Source of the DNA: Verrucomicrobiaceae bacterium
Lineage (GTDB): Bacteria; Verrucomicrobiota; Verrucomicrobiia; Verrucomicrobiales; Akkermansiaceae
NCBI GenBank assembly: GCA_051252135.1
Contig: JBPOGH010000005.1
Span: 1-64,000, forward strand
Direction: 5' to 3'
DNA: 64,000 nucleotides
The notes under the pieces are model-generated. The model was not told where the DNA came from, did not search any database, and saw nothing but the letters and a program-made list of their open reading frames with translations. Made by a program: the position numbers and the translations under genes. Shown piece after piece: positions 39,679 to 49,116 of this stretch (position 1 is its first letter; every line of letters begins with the position of its first letter).

Positions 39679-41334
39679 ATGAAGATCACCCGCTCACTCC
39701 TGGCCTTCCTCCTCTCCGCAACCACCATCCTCGCTCAAGAGTCGCACAAAGCCGACGTCATCGTCTACGGCGGCACCTCCGCGGCTGTCATCGCCGCCGT
39801 CCAGGCCAAGAAGATGGGCAAGTCCGTCATCATCGTCTCTCCCGACAAGCACCTCGGCGGACTCTCCTCCGGTGGACTCGGCTGGACCGATACCGGCCGA
39901 AAAGGCGCCGTCGGCGGACTCTCCCGGAACTTCTACGAGCGCGTCTTCGATCACTACCAAAACGAAAAATCCTGGAACTGGCAAAAACGCTCCGAATACA
40001 CCGGCTCCGGCACCCGCACCATCGACAATGGCGACGGCAGCATGTGGATGTTCGAGCCCCACGTTGCCGAAAAAATCTTCGAGGACCACATCAAGGAAAA
40101 CGACCTTATCGTCCACCGCGACCAATGGCTCAACCGCGAGACCGGCGTCAAAATGGCCGGGGGCAACATCACCCAAATCACGACCCTCTCGAAGTATCAA
40201 TACGAAGGAAAAATCTACATCGATGCCACCTACGAGGGCGACCTCATGGCCGCTGCCGGAGTCAGCTACCACGTCGGCCGCGAGTCCAATGCCACCTACG
40301 GCGAGACCTGGAACGGCGTGCAAGTCGGCGTCCTCCACCACGGCCACCACTTCGCCGACATGAAAATGTCCCCCTACGTCACCCCCGGCGATCCCGCCAG
40401 CGGACTCCTCCCCCGCATCTCCGCCGAGCACCCCGGCAACAAGGGTGAGGGCGACAACAAAGTCCAAGCCTACTGCTTCCGCATGTGCCTCTCCAACCAC
40501 CCCGAAAACCGCGTCCCCTTCACAAAGCCCGAAGGCTACGACCCCAATCAATACGCCCTCTTCGCCCGCATCCTCGACACCGGCTGGAACGAGGTCTTTG
40601 AGCAATTCGACATCCTTCCCAACTACAAGACCGATACCAACAACCACGGCCCCTTCAACACCGACAACATCGGGATGAACTACGACTACCCCGAGGCCTC
40701 CTACGAGCGCCGCCGTGAAATCATCAAAGAGCACGAGATCTACCAAAAGGGCATGATGTACTTCCTCGCCAACGACCCGCGCGTTCCCGAAAAAATCCGT
40801 AAGGAAATGAGCACCTGGGGCTTGGCCAAGGACGAGTTCACCGACAACGGCAACTGGCCACACCAACTCTACATCCGCGAGGCCCGCCGCATGATTGGCG
40901 ACTACGTCACCACCCAACTCGACGTCCAAGGCAAACGCGAAACCCCCAAACCCATCGGCATGGGCTCCTACACCATGGACTCCCACAACGTGCAACGCTA
41001 CATCACCCCCGAAGGCCACGTTCAAAATGAAGGCGACATCGGAGTCACCCCCAAAAAGCCCTACCACATCTCCTACGGCTCCATCACTCCCAAGAAGGAA
41101 GAGTGCAAAAACCTCCTCGTCCCCGCCGCCGTCTCCAGCTCACACATCGCCTTCGGCTCCATCCGCATGGAACCCGTCTTCATGATCCTCGGCCAAAGCG
41201 CCGGCACCGCCGCCGCCCTCTCCATCGATGACAACGTCGCCGTCCAGGACCTCGACTACGCCAAGCTCCGCAAACGCCTCCTCGCCGACAAACAACGCCT
41301 CGACCCAAACCAAAAAATCCAAAAGCGTCCGTAG
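39679..41334 (+). CDS. Exported FAD-dependent oxidoreductase
   Basis: DVIVYGGTSAAVIAA, IDATYEGDL, LYIREARRM, SIRMEPVFM. Confidence 0.88.
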   Translation: MKITRSLLAFLLSATTILAQESHKADVIVYGGTSAAVIAAVQAKKMGKSVIIVSPDKHLGGLSSGGLGWTDTGRKGAVGGLSRNFYERVFDHYQNEKSWNWQKRSEYTGSGTRTIDNGDGSMWMFEPHVAEKIFEDHIKENDLIVHRDQWLNRETGVKMAGGNITQITTLSKYQYEGKIYIDATYEGDLMAAAGVSYHVGRESNATYGETWNGVQVGVLHHGHHFADMKMSPYVTPGDPASGLLPRISAEHPGNKGEGDNKVQAYCFRMCLSNHPENRVPFTKPEGYDPNQYALFARILDTGWNEVFEQFDILPNYKTDTNNHGPFNTDNIGMNYDYPEASYERRREIIKEHEIYQKGMMYFLANDPRVPEKIRKEMSTWGLAKDEFTDNGNWPHQLYIREARRMIGDYVTTQLDVQGKRETPKPIGMGSYTMDSHNVQRYITPEGHVQNEGDIGVTPKKPYHISYGSITPKKEECKNLLVPAAVSSSHIAFGSIRMEPVFMILGQSAGTAAALSIDDNVAVQDLDYAKLRKRLLADKQRLDPNQKIQKRP

Positions 41335-41403
41335 GTTTCAATACACCTCCGGGGATGATCTCTTCCACTCGTCCCCGCCCCCCGTCCCGCCGTCATCTTC
41401 CCC

Positions 41404-42456
41404 TCATTCCTTTGCCTCTTTCTCAACTTCTCTTCGTCTCACTGCTTCCTCCAACACCTCGATTCCCCTGCGATGATTTGGATCATTCTCTCGGGACCGC
41501 AGTTCTTCAGTGAAATCGATGACATCGGAACCGGAAGACTCCTCGGGCGAAGAATAGAGAGCCCAAATCATCATCATATTCAGCGGAACCAGAAGGACCC
41601 AGCCAACGGATGCAAAATGGAACTTCGTCCGAATATATTCTGCCGGATCGGTCGAAACCAGGCTCTTGCGATACTCCAGCCGTTGAAAAAAGCGATGCCT
41701 CCACCAAAGAATGATATTCTCCCTGTCTGCCGAACCACGAAAAACCCCGCTTGAAGGCGCTAAAAAACAAATAGCAAGCGGAAGAAGAACAATCGAAAAG
41801 ATCAAAGAGATCCTGGCGCTCTCCCAATCTCGGCCCAACGCAACAGGCACTAGGGAAAATAGAAACCAGGAAAACACGTAGATTCGCAACAAGCTCGGTC
41901 GCGATCCTCCCCGCACCTCCTCGATGAGCTCCTGCTGATCAATTTTCTGAGCCTCTTCGTGCTCACTCTGAAACATTTCCCGCCTCTTCAGCATTTCAGA
42001 GATCAATTTCGCTTCCTCAAGGTCACGGCAGGCACCAATGCCCAGAACCTTCATCCCGTTGGGCCTCAACAACTCAACGAAAAGCTCACCTTCCTCATTG
42101 GCCATGGCGGTATAGCTGAGATCCTCCGTCAGCGGAACTTTGCGGAGCCATAACTTAAAACCAAAAAGTACCCAACCCATTCGAACCTCCCTTCGTGGAA
42201 ACACCCAATAAACAAGCCTCCCAAGAGCGAAACAGATCATCATCAGTCCGAGCCCAAAAATCGGTAGCAATCTGGCCAGATAACGATCGGAATCCGCCTC
42301 CCGGGTAACAGCGATCACAATAGCGGAACCAACAACCATAAGCACTCCTATCAATCCAAACCCTACTCTGGCCCTCATTGACAAATGTTCGGGTTCCAGT
42401 TCCGTCGCTTGCACAACACCCCCACCAAAAATTTGTCCTCGCTGCGAAATCTTCAT
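41404..42456 (-). CDS. Hypothetical multi-TM membrane protein
   Basis: 350-aa ORF with about 5 hydrophobic segments; no recognised motif. Confidence 0.6.
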   Translation of the reverse strand: MKISQRGQIFGGGVVQATELEPEHLSMRARVGFGLIGVLMVVGSAIVIAVTREADSDRYLARLLPIFGLGLMMICFALGRLVYWVFPRREVRMGWVLFGFKLWLRKVPLTEDLSYTAMANEEGELFVELLRPNGMKVLGIGACRDLEEAKLISEMLKRREMFQSEHEEAQKIDQQELIEEVRGGSRPSLLRIYVFSWFLFSLVPVALGRDWESARISLIFSIVLLPLAICFLAPSSGVFRGSADRENIILWWRHRFFQRLEYRKSLVSTDPAEYIRTKFHFASVGWVLLVPLNMMMIWALYSSPEESSGSDVIDFTEELRSRENDPNHRRGIEVLEEAVRRREVEKEAKE

Positions 42457-42560
42457 ATCTCTTCTCGTCCTTGCCGATATCACCAAATCACGCCGACCTT
42501 GAAAAGGGACGATCCTCTTTGCTCGTTCAAACCTGAAAACCTAAACACCTCCCCCAAAAA

Positions 42561-44885
42561 TCACCCGCCCCCAACCCCTTCGATAATCGGCAAGGGGCTG
42601 ATCTTCTCTTCCCTCGCCCGCTTGATATCAATCATCGCTTGAAACGCGTATTCCAGGTCGCCGCCCAATTGCCGTTCCCCCTCGGAAATCGCACTGCCAA
42701 ACCCGCCCAGATCCGTCAAATTGACGGTCTCAATCGGAACGAGGTAACCGTTTCGAACTTCTTCTCCGATCTCCGCATATCGTGCATCAGCCAGCACCCA
42801 CCCCCGACCTTGGGGAACCTCTTTGGTTCCTCTCTTCTTCTTGCTCCCGCCTTCGTCAAGGGAGCTCAAAAACCGATCATTCTCCGGGGAGTAAAAGACA
42901 TTGAACCGTTCGCGGCTCCTCCAGTAACCGACAAAGGCGTGCCCCTCGGTGAGGAAAATCACCGGATAGACATCAATGTATTCCAGACAGGCCGCAAACA
43001 ACAGGGCCAGGTCGATACACGTTCCCCGCCCGGCCCGTTGAATCTGCGATGGCGTCCGCAATCTCTGCCCGGCCGAACTCGGAGGAGGGTTGATGTAACC
43101 CACCTCAAAATCAAAAACGATCGCCGCCCAAATCGCCCTCACCTGCAGATCCACCGGCTTCAATTCCTCCAAATTTTCAGACAACCCCACTTGCTGGTAT
43201 CCGTCGAAAGCCGAGTCCCGATCATCGGTCAGCGTCGTGAGATGCTTTTCCGCACGATCAATCACCGCCTCCACAAATGGATCACGGGGCAACACAAACG
43301 ACGGTAACCAAACGTGATTCACCTCATCATCGATCCACTCATCCGCGGGACTCCAGGTCACCTGAAAGGTATCCTGATAAACAATCAGCTCACCCACTTT
43401 CACTTCCACAAAAAGACTCGTCCGCAGAGGTTCGGACACCGTCCGGATAATCGACGATGTCAGAGGCACCTTAATATCCTCCTGAATCGGCGTCTCCGCC
43501 TTCTCCAGCGTCCGCCGGTTCCGGTAGGAATGGGATCCCGACCCCAGATGCAACACCACTTCCACCCCCACATCCTGCAATTTCCCTTCCTTGTCTTTGA
43601 TGAGCATGAACTTCTCAAACAGCCCTCCACTGTTGTTGTGCAACAGGGAAAAGTTGAGTTCTTGCTTCACCTCGATGTTGACTCTGAACCACTTCCGCAG
43701 GTCGGTTAACTCCTCGGAACAGATGATCCTCTCCTGGCGCTCCTGGCGCTCTTTCCGGGAATCATGCAGCTGCTGCATCTCCTTGATCAGGGAATGCGAA
43801 CTCCACAGCACAATTCCCGCTCCGGACAGCGACATCGTCGCCCTCACCTCATCAAGAGCTCTCGAAAACGCAGGCAGAACCTCCAAATCCTTCGCCAGCC
43901 CTTCATAGAACTGACGCAAAATCACTTCCGCCGCGATATCATCAATCGTGTCCTGGAATCCTACCGCCGCTTCCGCGCCCCCCGCAACTGTCAGCGCACA
44001 GATTCTCGATGCCGAGTAGTACACGTTTGCGGTGACCAAAAACAATTGACCCGATCCCGCATTCAAGGCCTTGGCCAACTGGTCTGCCGACACCTCCCTG
44101 AAACCGGCCGCAGTGTCCGCCCTCAAAATCACCCCATCTTCCCGCCGGCTCGACGCCTTCTTACCATCCGCAATTTCCGGCTTCAGGTGCCGCGCCTGGT
44201 TGTTGTCGATTCCCGCAAGATGAATAATCCCCGGCTTACTCTTCACAATCGTCTTTCGAAGTTCCTCCAGCGTCGGATTAATGCACCTCTCCACCCGTCC
44301 CGGAAACTTCTCCTCAAGGATCTGAAACTCGTCGTCGTAGGAATAAAAATTCTCAAATGGCTTCGGCGCACACTGCACAAAAAGCACCCCACACCCGGGA
44401 TCCCACGGAATCTGCCCGGCCCCGGTATCAAGATGCCTCACAATCGTTAACCGCTGGTCATTCCCCAACTTGCGCGCCGCGTTGCTCAGCAAATACTCCC
44501 AAGGGATGATCCTTCCCTCCCATCCCACGTCCTCGCTCGAATACGGCACTTTCACCTGAAGCAGGCTCGCCCCCTTCACCAGCGGCCTCAAATCAACCTT
44601 CTTCATCGCCCCCTCCAGCTCCGCATAAGCCTCATCCTTGATATCCACCTCGGCACGTGTCCTCCAACGTGAACGCCGTGACAAAATATAACTCCACCGA
44701 ATCGCAAACTGCTGCAAGGCCTTGCCCAACGGAATCTTCACCGAGGACCGGCCATCAAGGGTATCACTCTCCAGTTTCACGAAACCATTCGACACACTCC
44801 CCTTGGCCCTCTTCTTGGTCGGTGACTTCTTCCTGTTGGCCGCTGCTACTGCGGCCGCCTTTTTCTGTGCTGTCGTTTTCTTCAT
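42561..44885 (-). CDS. CHAT-like domain fused to a transglutaminase-like (papain-fold) domain
   Basis: IPWEYL...IVR, NPTLEEL, IIHLAG, VGFQDTIDD..A...FY.GL pattern; C-terminal GQRLRTP...GTCIDLALLFAACLE...GHAFVGYW. Confidence 0.75.
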   Translation of the reverse strand: MKKTTAQKKAAAVAAANRKKSPTKKRAKGSVSNGFVKLESDTLDGRSSVKIPLGKALQQFAIRWSYILSRRSRWRTRAEVDIKDEAYAELEGAMKKVDLRPLVKGASLLQVKVPYSSEDVGWEGRIIPWEYLLSNAARKLGNDQRLTIVRHLDTGAGQIPWDPGCGVLFVQCAPKPFENFYSYDDEFQILEEKFPGRVERCINPTLEELRKTIVKSKPGIIHLAGIDNNQARHLKPEIADGKKASSRREDGVILRADTAAGFREVSADQLAKALNAGSGQLFLVTANVYYSASRICALTVAGGAEAAVGFQDTIDDIAAEVILRQFYEGLAKDLEVLPAFSRALDEVRATMSLSGAGIVLWSSHSLIKEMQQLHDSRKERQERQERIICSEELTDLRKWFRVNIEVKQELNFSLLHNNSGGLFEKFMLIKDKEGKLQDVGVEVVLHLGSGSHSYRNRRTLEKAETPIQEDIKVPLTSSIIRTVSEPLRTSLFVEVKVGELIVYQDTFQVTWSPADEWIDDEVNHVWLPSFVLPRDPFVEAVIDRAEKHLTTLTDDRDSAFDGYQQVGLSENLEELKPVDLQVRAIWAAIVFDFEVGYINPPPSSAGQRLRTPSQIQRAGRGTCIDLALLFAACLEYIDVYPVIFLTEGHAFVGYWRSRERFNVFYSPENDRFLSSLDEGGSKKKRGTKEVPQGRGWVLADARYAEIGEEVRNGYLVPIETVNLTDLGGFGSAISEGERQLGGDLEYAFQAMIDIKRAREEKISPLPIIEGVGGG

Positions 44886-44918
44886 CGGTTCCTTGGACTC
44901 TATTTCTCAACCTCGATC

Positions 44919-45398
44919 CTAATCATTGTTCCCTCCGTCCCATTCCGCCAGAAGCTTTTCCCTAAGCCCGACCGCTTCCGGACTCTTCCCCGCAAATTCC
45001 TCAACCACCTGCCGGGCCTTGTTCCCTCCAGCTTCATCCAGAAGTTCAAGCGCCACCATCACTTCCTCTTCCGCTCCCTCGAGACATCGACCCAGCTCTT
45101 CCACCAGAGGTTCTCCAATCGAAGAGACCACCTCCACCACCATCTGGATCACTTCTTCTTCACCACTCAGAACAAAATCAATCATACGTCTCACCTCCAC
45201 CCCTCTCCCCGCAATCAGCCAGGTCGCATACATCCCCGCCACCGATACCACCCCGTCGTCTTCCTTGATCAATTCTTCCAACTCCGGAAGAATGTCCTCC
45301 ACCCCGGCTTGCCCCAGACCAATCGCGGCCTCGGCGCGCTCATGCCGGTTCGTGCTCCGCAACATCCCCCGCAGCCCGGCCACCAGTTCGGAATTCAC
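44919..45398 (-). CDS. HEAT-repeat protein
   Basis: ERAEAAIGLGQ...LPELEELIKEDD. Probable GTG start overlapping the upstream TGA (GTGA). Confidence 0.65.
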   Translation of the reverse strand: MNSELVAGLRGMLRSTNRHERAEAAIGLGQAGVEDILPELEELIKEDDGVVSVAGMYATWLIAGRGVEVRRMIDFVLSGEEEVIQMVVEVVSSIGEPLVEELGRCLEGAEEEVMVALELLDEAGGNKARQVVEEFAGKSPEAVGLREKLLAEWDGGNND

Positions 45399-46369
45399 TT
45401 CCACGGCATTTCCACAAAGCTGGGTAGATTTTCTTTCCGCCAAACATCCGGATCATGCGACGCCGAATGCCCGCTCGCCTTCATCTTCTTCTCGGTCACC
45501 GGAATCCTTTTCGCCCTCTTCTTCCTTGCCGGATTAAACCACTGCCCCCCGCACGCAATCGCCACCACCGGATCAAATGATGCCTGAATGTTGTAGGATT
45601 TCTTAATCTTCGACCAATCGGCAAAGTAATCTTCCCGCACCGGCGGGCTCAACATCACCAACCGATCCATCTCAATCCCTTCCTTGGTCGCCATCATCGC
45701 AATGTTCGCCCCATGACTGTGGGCAAAAACATTCACCTCCCTCGCCGGGTGCGTCTTCAGCCACTTGTTCAGCGCCTTCGCGGCATCCCGCCTGACCCCG
45801 TCACGGTTCTTCCCCGACCACATGTAGCGATCACTCTTCTCGTAAATATCGGCCCGTTTGAGGTCGGTCTTCACATACTCAAAAAAATCACCCCCCGGTC
45901 GCCACCACTTTCCGTTCGACGCCCACGTCCCATGAATAATCACCGTGATATGATCGACCGTTGCAAATTTCCCCGGGCCCCGCTTCTTCACCGCCTTCGC
46001 GGTAATCTCAATTTGTCCGTCCCCCCAACGATCCGCCTGGTCCCCAACCAACCCCGTCAAATTCCCCAGCGCAACCCTGGCTGCCATGTAAAGCGCCTCC
46101 CCCTCATCCCCCATCTTCGCTGCAAGATTCAGCATCTCCATCAAATCCTCTTCATGAAACTTCTCCTTCGAGATCTGATAGTAGGCATCCATGATCGCCA
46201 CTTGGGTCAAAAGTTCCGCCGTCGGCAGTGCCTCGTCCATCAAAGCCACCACCTTCTCCGTATATTCAAGATAAGGAGCCACCTCCAGAATCCGGCACGC
46301 CTGATAATCCACCCCCTTCTTCGTCTTTAAAGCAGATTTGAATTCCTTAAGCGCTTGGGATGGTTCCAT
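45395..46369 (-). CDS. Alpha/beta hydrolase with N-terminal helical domain
   Basis: IIHGTW oxyanion strand, AHSHG nucleophile elbow, FDPVV, GHS. Confidence 0.8.
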   Translation of the reverse strand: MEPSQALKEFKSALKTKKGVDYQACRILEVAPYLEYTEKVVALMDEALPTAELLTQVAIMDAYYQISKEKFHEEDLMEMLNLAAKMGDEGEALYMAARVALGNLTGLVGDQADRWGDGQIEITAKAVKKRGPGKFATVDHITVIIHGTWASNGKWWRPGGDFFEYVKTDLKRADIYEKSDRYMWSGKNRDGVRRDAAKALNKWLKTHPAREVNVFAHSHGANIAMMATKEGIEMDRLVMLSPPVREDYFADWSKIKKSYNIQASFDPVVAIACGGQWFNPARKKRAKRIPVTEKKMKASGHSASHDPDVWRKENLPSFVEMPWK

Positions 46370-46450
46370 GAGATAATATATTTGTTCTATCAATAACCTG
46401 GATCAAAACCTCAAAGCAAGCTGAAACCCCTTTCCGCTCAGGCCGGATCG

Positions 46451-47797
46451 TCATCTCACGGACTCACCAAAGTTCACTCCGCCCGCATCCCCGTCATAGA
46501 CAAAAGGCTCCCCCGTCTTCGCATTCACCGGAACCGCCGGAAGATACCTCGGCACCAAATCCTCAACGCGCTCAACCGCCACCCCCGCTGCCGCCGCTTG
46601 CTGCATCGCATGGTGTGTCAGCAACTCTCTCCGTGATTGCTCCGCTTTAACCGGCTGCTTCGCCGCCACTCTCAACAAAGGATCCAAGAACGCACTCAAA
46701 ACCAATGCCCGCCCCTCGGACACCCCTTGATCGGCAATCCGAAACTCAAAGTCCCCAAGCACCTGCTCATCAAGATTCTCCCCTCCCACGGTCTCGGGAA
46801 AGGCCGCCATGTATTCCGAGATCATCCTCGCGTAATCATCCTGAAATGTATCGATGTTCATCGTTCTAATTTCTTCCCGCATCAGACGTGAATCGTGCTC
46901 CCCGTCATCAGTGGAAAACTCCCCGACAAACTTGAAAATGTAATCAACAAATTCTCCCTGATCGGCCCCTTTCGCCGCCTCCAGATAGGACACCACTCCG
47001 CCCACCTCCCTGCGAAGCGAATCCATCATCACTTCGGCCGACCTCGGCACCGACACCCGATCCACATATCCACTCACGTCGAACCCCGCTTCCGCCAGCC
47101 CCGCGAGCCTCTGTTGCGTCAGGTTTGTGATCGCCGACCCCACCAGCGAGTGAATAACAAACGGCCTCGATACCGCCTCTCCCATCTTCCCCAGCGCATC
47201 AAAATATTGCCTCGCCCGCTCATCATCACCGGTTCGGACCGCGTGGATCAGCGCCAGGCTCAGCAACTTACTCCCCTTGTTGACATTAATAATCTCAGGC
47301 GAACTATCCATAAACGAATAGCGAAACCGCGATTCCTCGGTCGAGAGCTTCGATAACTCAATGAGGCGATCCAAGGCCTCTTTCTTCTCATCCAAATACT
47401 TCCCAACCATCTCTTCATCCCACTCTTCCCTTCCGTTCAATTGGCCTCTCATTTCCGCAGGGAACCGCAACGCTTCATCCATCTCCTCGAACAGACGATT
47501 GAGTTCATCAATCAAGGTCACCCCTACAGCCAATTCAGACTCCGCAGGACGAAGATTCGGATACTTCAAATACAACTCCTCCAAACGATCACCCGCATAA
47601 GGAAAGTTGGACATCAAATCCTCCATCGACCTCTTCCGCCCCTTCGTCCGGTCTGTCGATACCGCCTTCCTCTCCGCCACCACCACCGTCGCCTCTTCCT
47701 CGCCCGGGGAACTTCCGTCCTTTAAATCCTTTTGCAACACCACAATGACCACGACCAACAACAGCAGGCCCGCAAGCATCATTGGCAAAACTTTCAT
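46451..47797 (-). CDS. Hypothetical membrane-anchored protein
   Basis: N-terminal TM; C-terminal LVPRYLPAVPVN..TGEPFVY motif. Confidence 0.65.
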   Translation of the reverse strand: MKVLPMMLAGLLLLVVVIVVLQKDLKDGSSPGEEEATVVVAERKAVSTDRTKGRKRSMEDLMSNFPYAGDRLEELYLKYPNLRPAESELAVGVTLIDELNRLFEEMDEALRFPAEMRGQLNGREEWDEEMVGKYLDEKKEALDRLIELSKLSTEESRFRYSFMDSSPEIINVNKGSKLLSLALIHAVRTGDDERARQYFDALGKMGEAVSRPFVIHSLVGSAITNLTQQRLAGLAEAGFDVSGYVDRVSVPRSAEVMMDSLRREVGGVVSYLEAAKGADQGEFVDYIFKFVGEFSTDDGEHDSRLMREEIRTMNIDTFQDDYARMISEYMAAFPETVGGENLDEQVLGDFEFRIADQGVSEGRALVLSAFLDPLLRVAAKQPVKAEQSRRELLTHHAMQQAAAAGVAVERVEDLVPRYLPAVPVNAKTGEPFVYDGDAGGVNFGESVR

Positions 47798-47799
47798 CC

Positions 47800-49107
47800 C
47801 TAAACCATCTCCAGCCCCCGCATCGTATTCGTCGATGACGCAAATTTCTCCGCGTCAATCCCCAACCGGTGCAGCATCGAGAGAAACAAGTTCGGCAAGG
47901 GATAATTGTTCACCCGGTCAAATGCCAAATGCTGCCCGTGCTTGAACCCGCCCCCTGCAAAGAGCACCGGCAGGTTGCTCGTGACGTGTGACGAAGCATT
48001 CCCCAAATTACTTCCGTAAAGAATCATCGTCCGATCAAGCAAGGTCGCCTTGTCCTCCGGCGTCCCGTTCAATTGGCTGATCAACCCATCCAACAAGCGC
48101 ATGTGCTCGGTATCAATCCGCGTCAACTGCTCCATCTTATCCGGATTTTTTCCGTGGTGGGACAAGTTGTGGTAACCATCGCTCACCGTTTTCCCGTTCA
48201 CTTTGATCGCCGGCGACGACACCGAATCCAGCATCAGCGTAATCATCCGTGTCGAGTCTGTTTCAAAAGCCAAATGCGCCAGCCGATACATCAGCTCCGT
48301 CTTCTTCATGTAATCAACCGGATCCTTCAGATCGGTCGGCTCGGGCACCGTCGTCTTGGGCTTCGGCTTCCCCTCCCACTCACGCGCTTGCTCCAACCGA
48401 ACCTCCAATTCGCGAATCCCCGTATAATATTGATCCAGCCGCTCCCGATCCCGATGCCCCACCTTCTTCTGCAGTCCCCCCACCTGTCCCGCCACCGCAT
48501 CCATGATCGAATTCCCCAATGCCAGCTTCCGCTGCTGTTCCGCAATGTCCTTCTGATTCCCCTGCAGGAAAAGTTTCCGGTAAAGCCCCGACGCACTCTG
48601 CTCCGGCGGAAGCTGCACCCCCGATCCCGTGAAGGACAACGACCGACTCCCATTCGAAACATTCACCCCCAACGTCAGCGAAGGAAAACGCGTCAGATGA
48701 CCAATCCGCTCCGCCACATACTGATCGAGCGAAATCGTATTCCGAAACCCGCTGCTCGCCGGGCGCGGAGCCGCCGTTAAAAAACAAATATCCGCCGGGT
48801 GCCCGCCATCCACATCCGGATGCGCCACCCCGCTAAAGACCGTGAACTGATCGCGGTTCCCCGCAAGCTCCTTCAAATAGGGCGAAAGGCCATAATCAAA
48901 CCCACTCTCCGTCGGAAAGAACTTCTCCGGCAACAACCCCAGGTTGTTACAAATCCCCAGAAAACGTCGCGGCGCCGTGAGTGGAGCCGACTTCGCAAAG
49001 GCCGGAGACATCGACTCTAACAACGGCAATCCAAGGCTCACTCCCACCCCTTTCAAGAGGGAACGTCGGGAAAGCGAGGACTTCGTGGAGATGTATGGAG
49101 CGTTCAT
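47800..49107 (-). CDS. DUF1552 family protein (Tat-exported)
   Basis: [38 protein letters not shown]. Confidence 0.88.
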   Translation of the reverse strand: MNAPYISTKSSLSRRSLLKGVGVSLGLPLLESMSPAFAKSAPLTAPRRFLGICNNLGLLPEKFFPTESGFDYGLSPYLKELAGNRDQFTVFSGVAHPDVDGGHPADICFLTAAPRPASSGFRNTISLDQYVAERIGHLTRFPSLTLGVNVSNGSRSLSFTGSGVQLPPEQSASGLYRKLFLQGNQKDIAEQQRKLALGNSIMDAVAGQVGGLQKKVGHRDRERLDQYYTGIRELEVRLEQAREWEGKPKPKTTVPEPTDLKDPVDYMKKTELMYRLAHLAFETDSTRMITLMLDSVSSPAIKVNGKTVSDGYHNLSHHGKNPDKMEQLTRIDTEHMRLLDGLISQLNGTPEDKATLLDRTMILYGSNLGNASSHVTSNLPVLFAGGGFKHGQHLAFDRVNNYPLPNLFLSMLHRLGIDAEKFASSTNTMRGLEMV

Positions 49108-49116
49108 AAATGCCGG

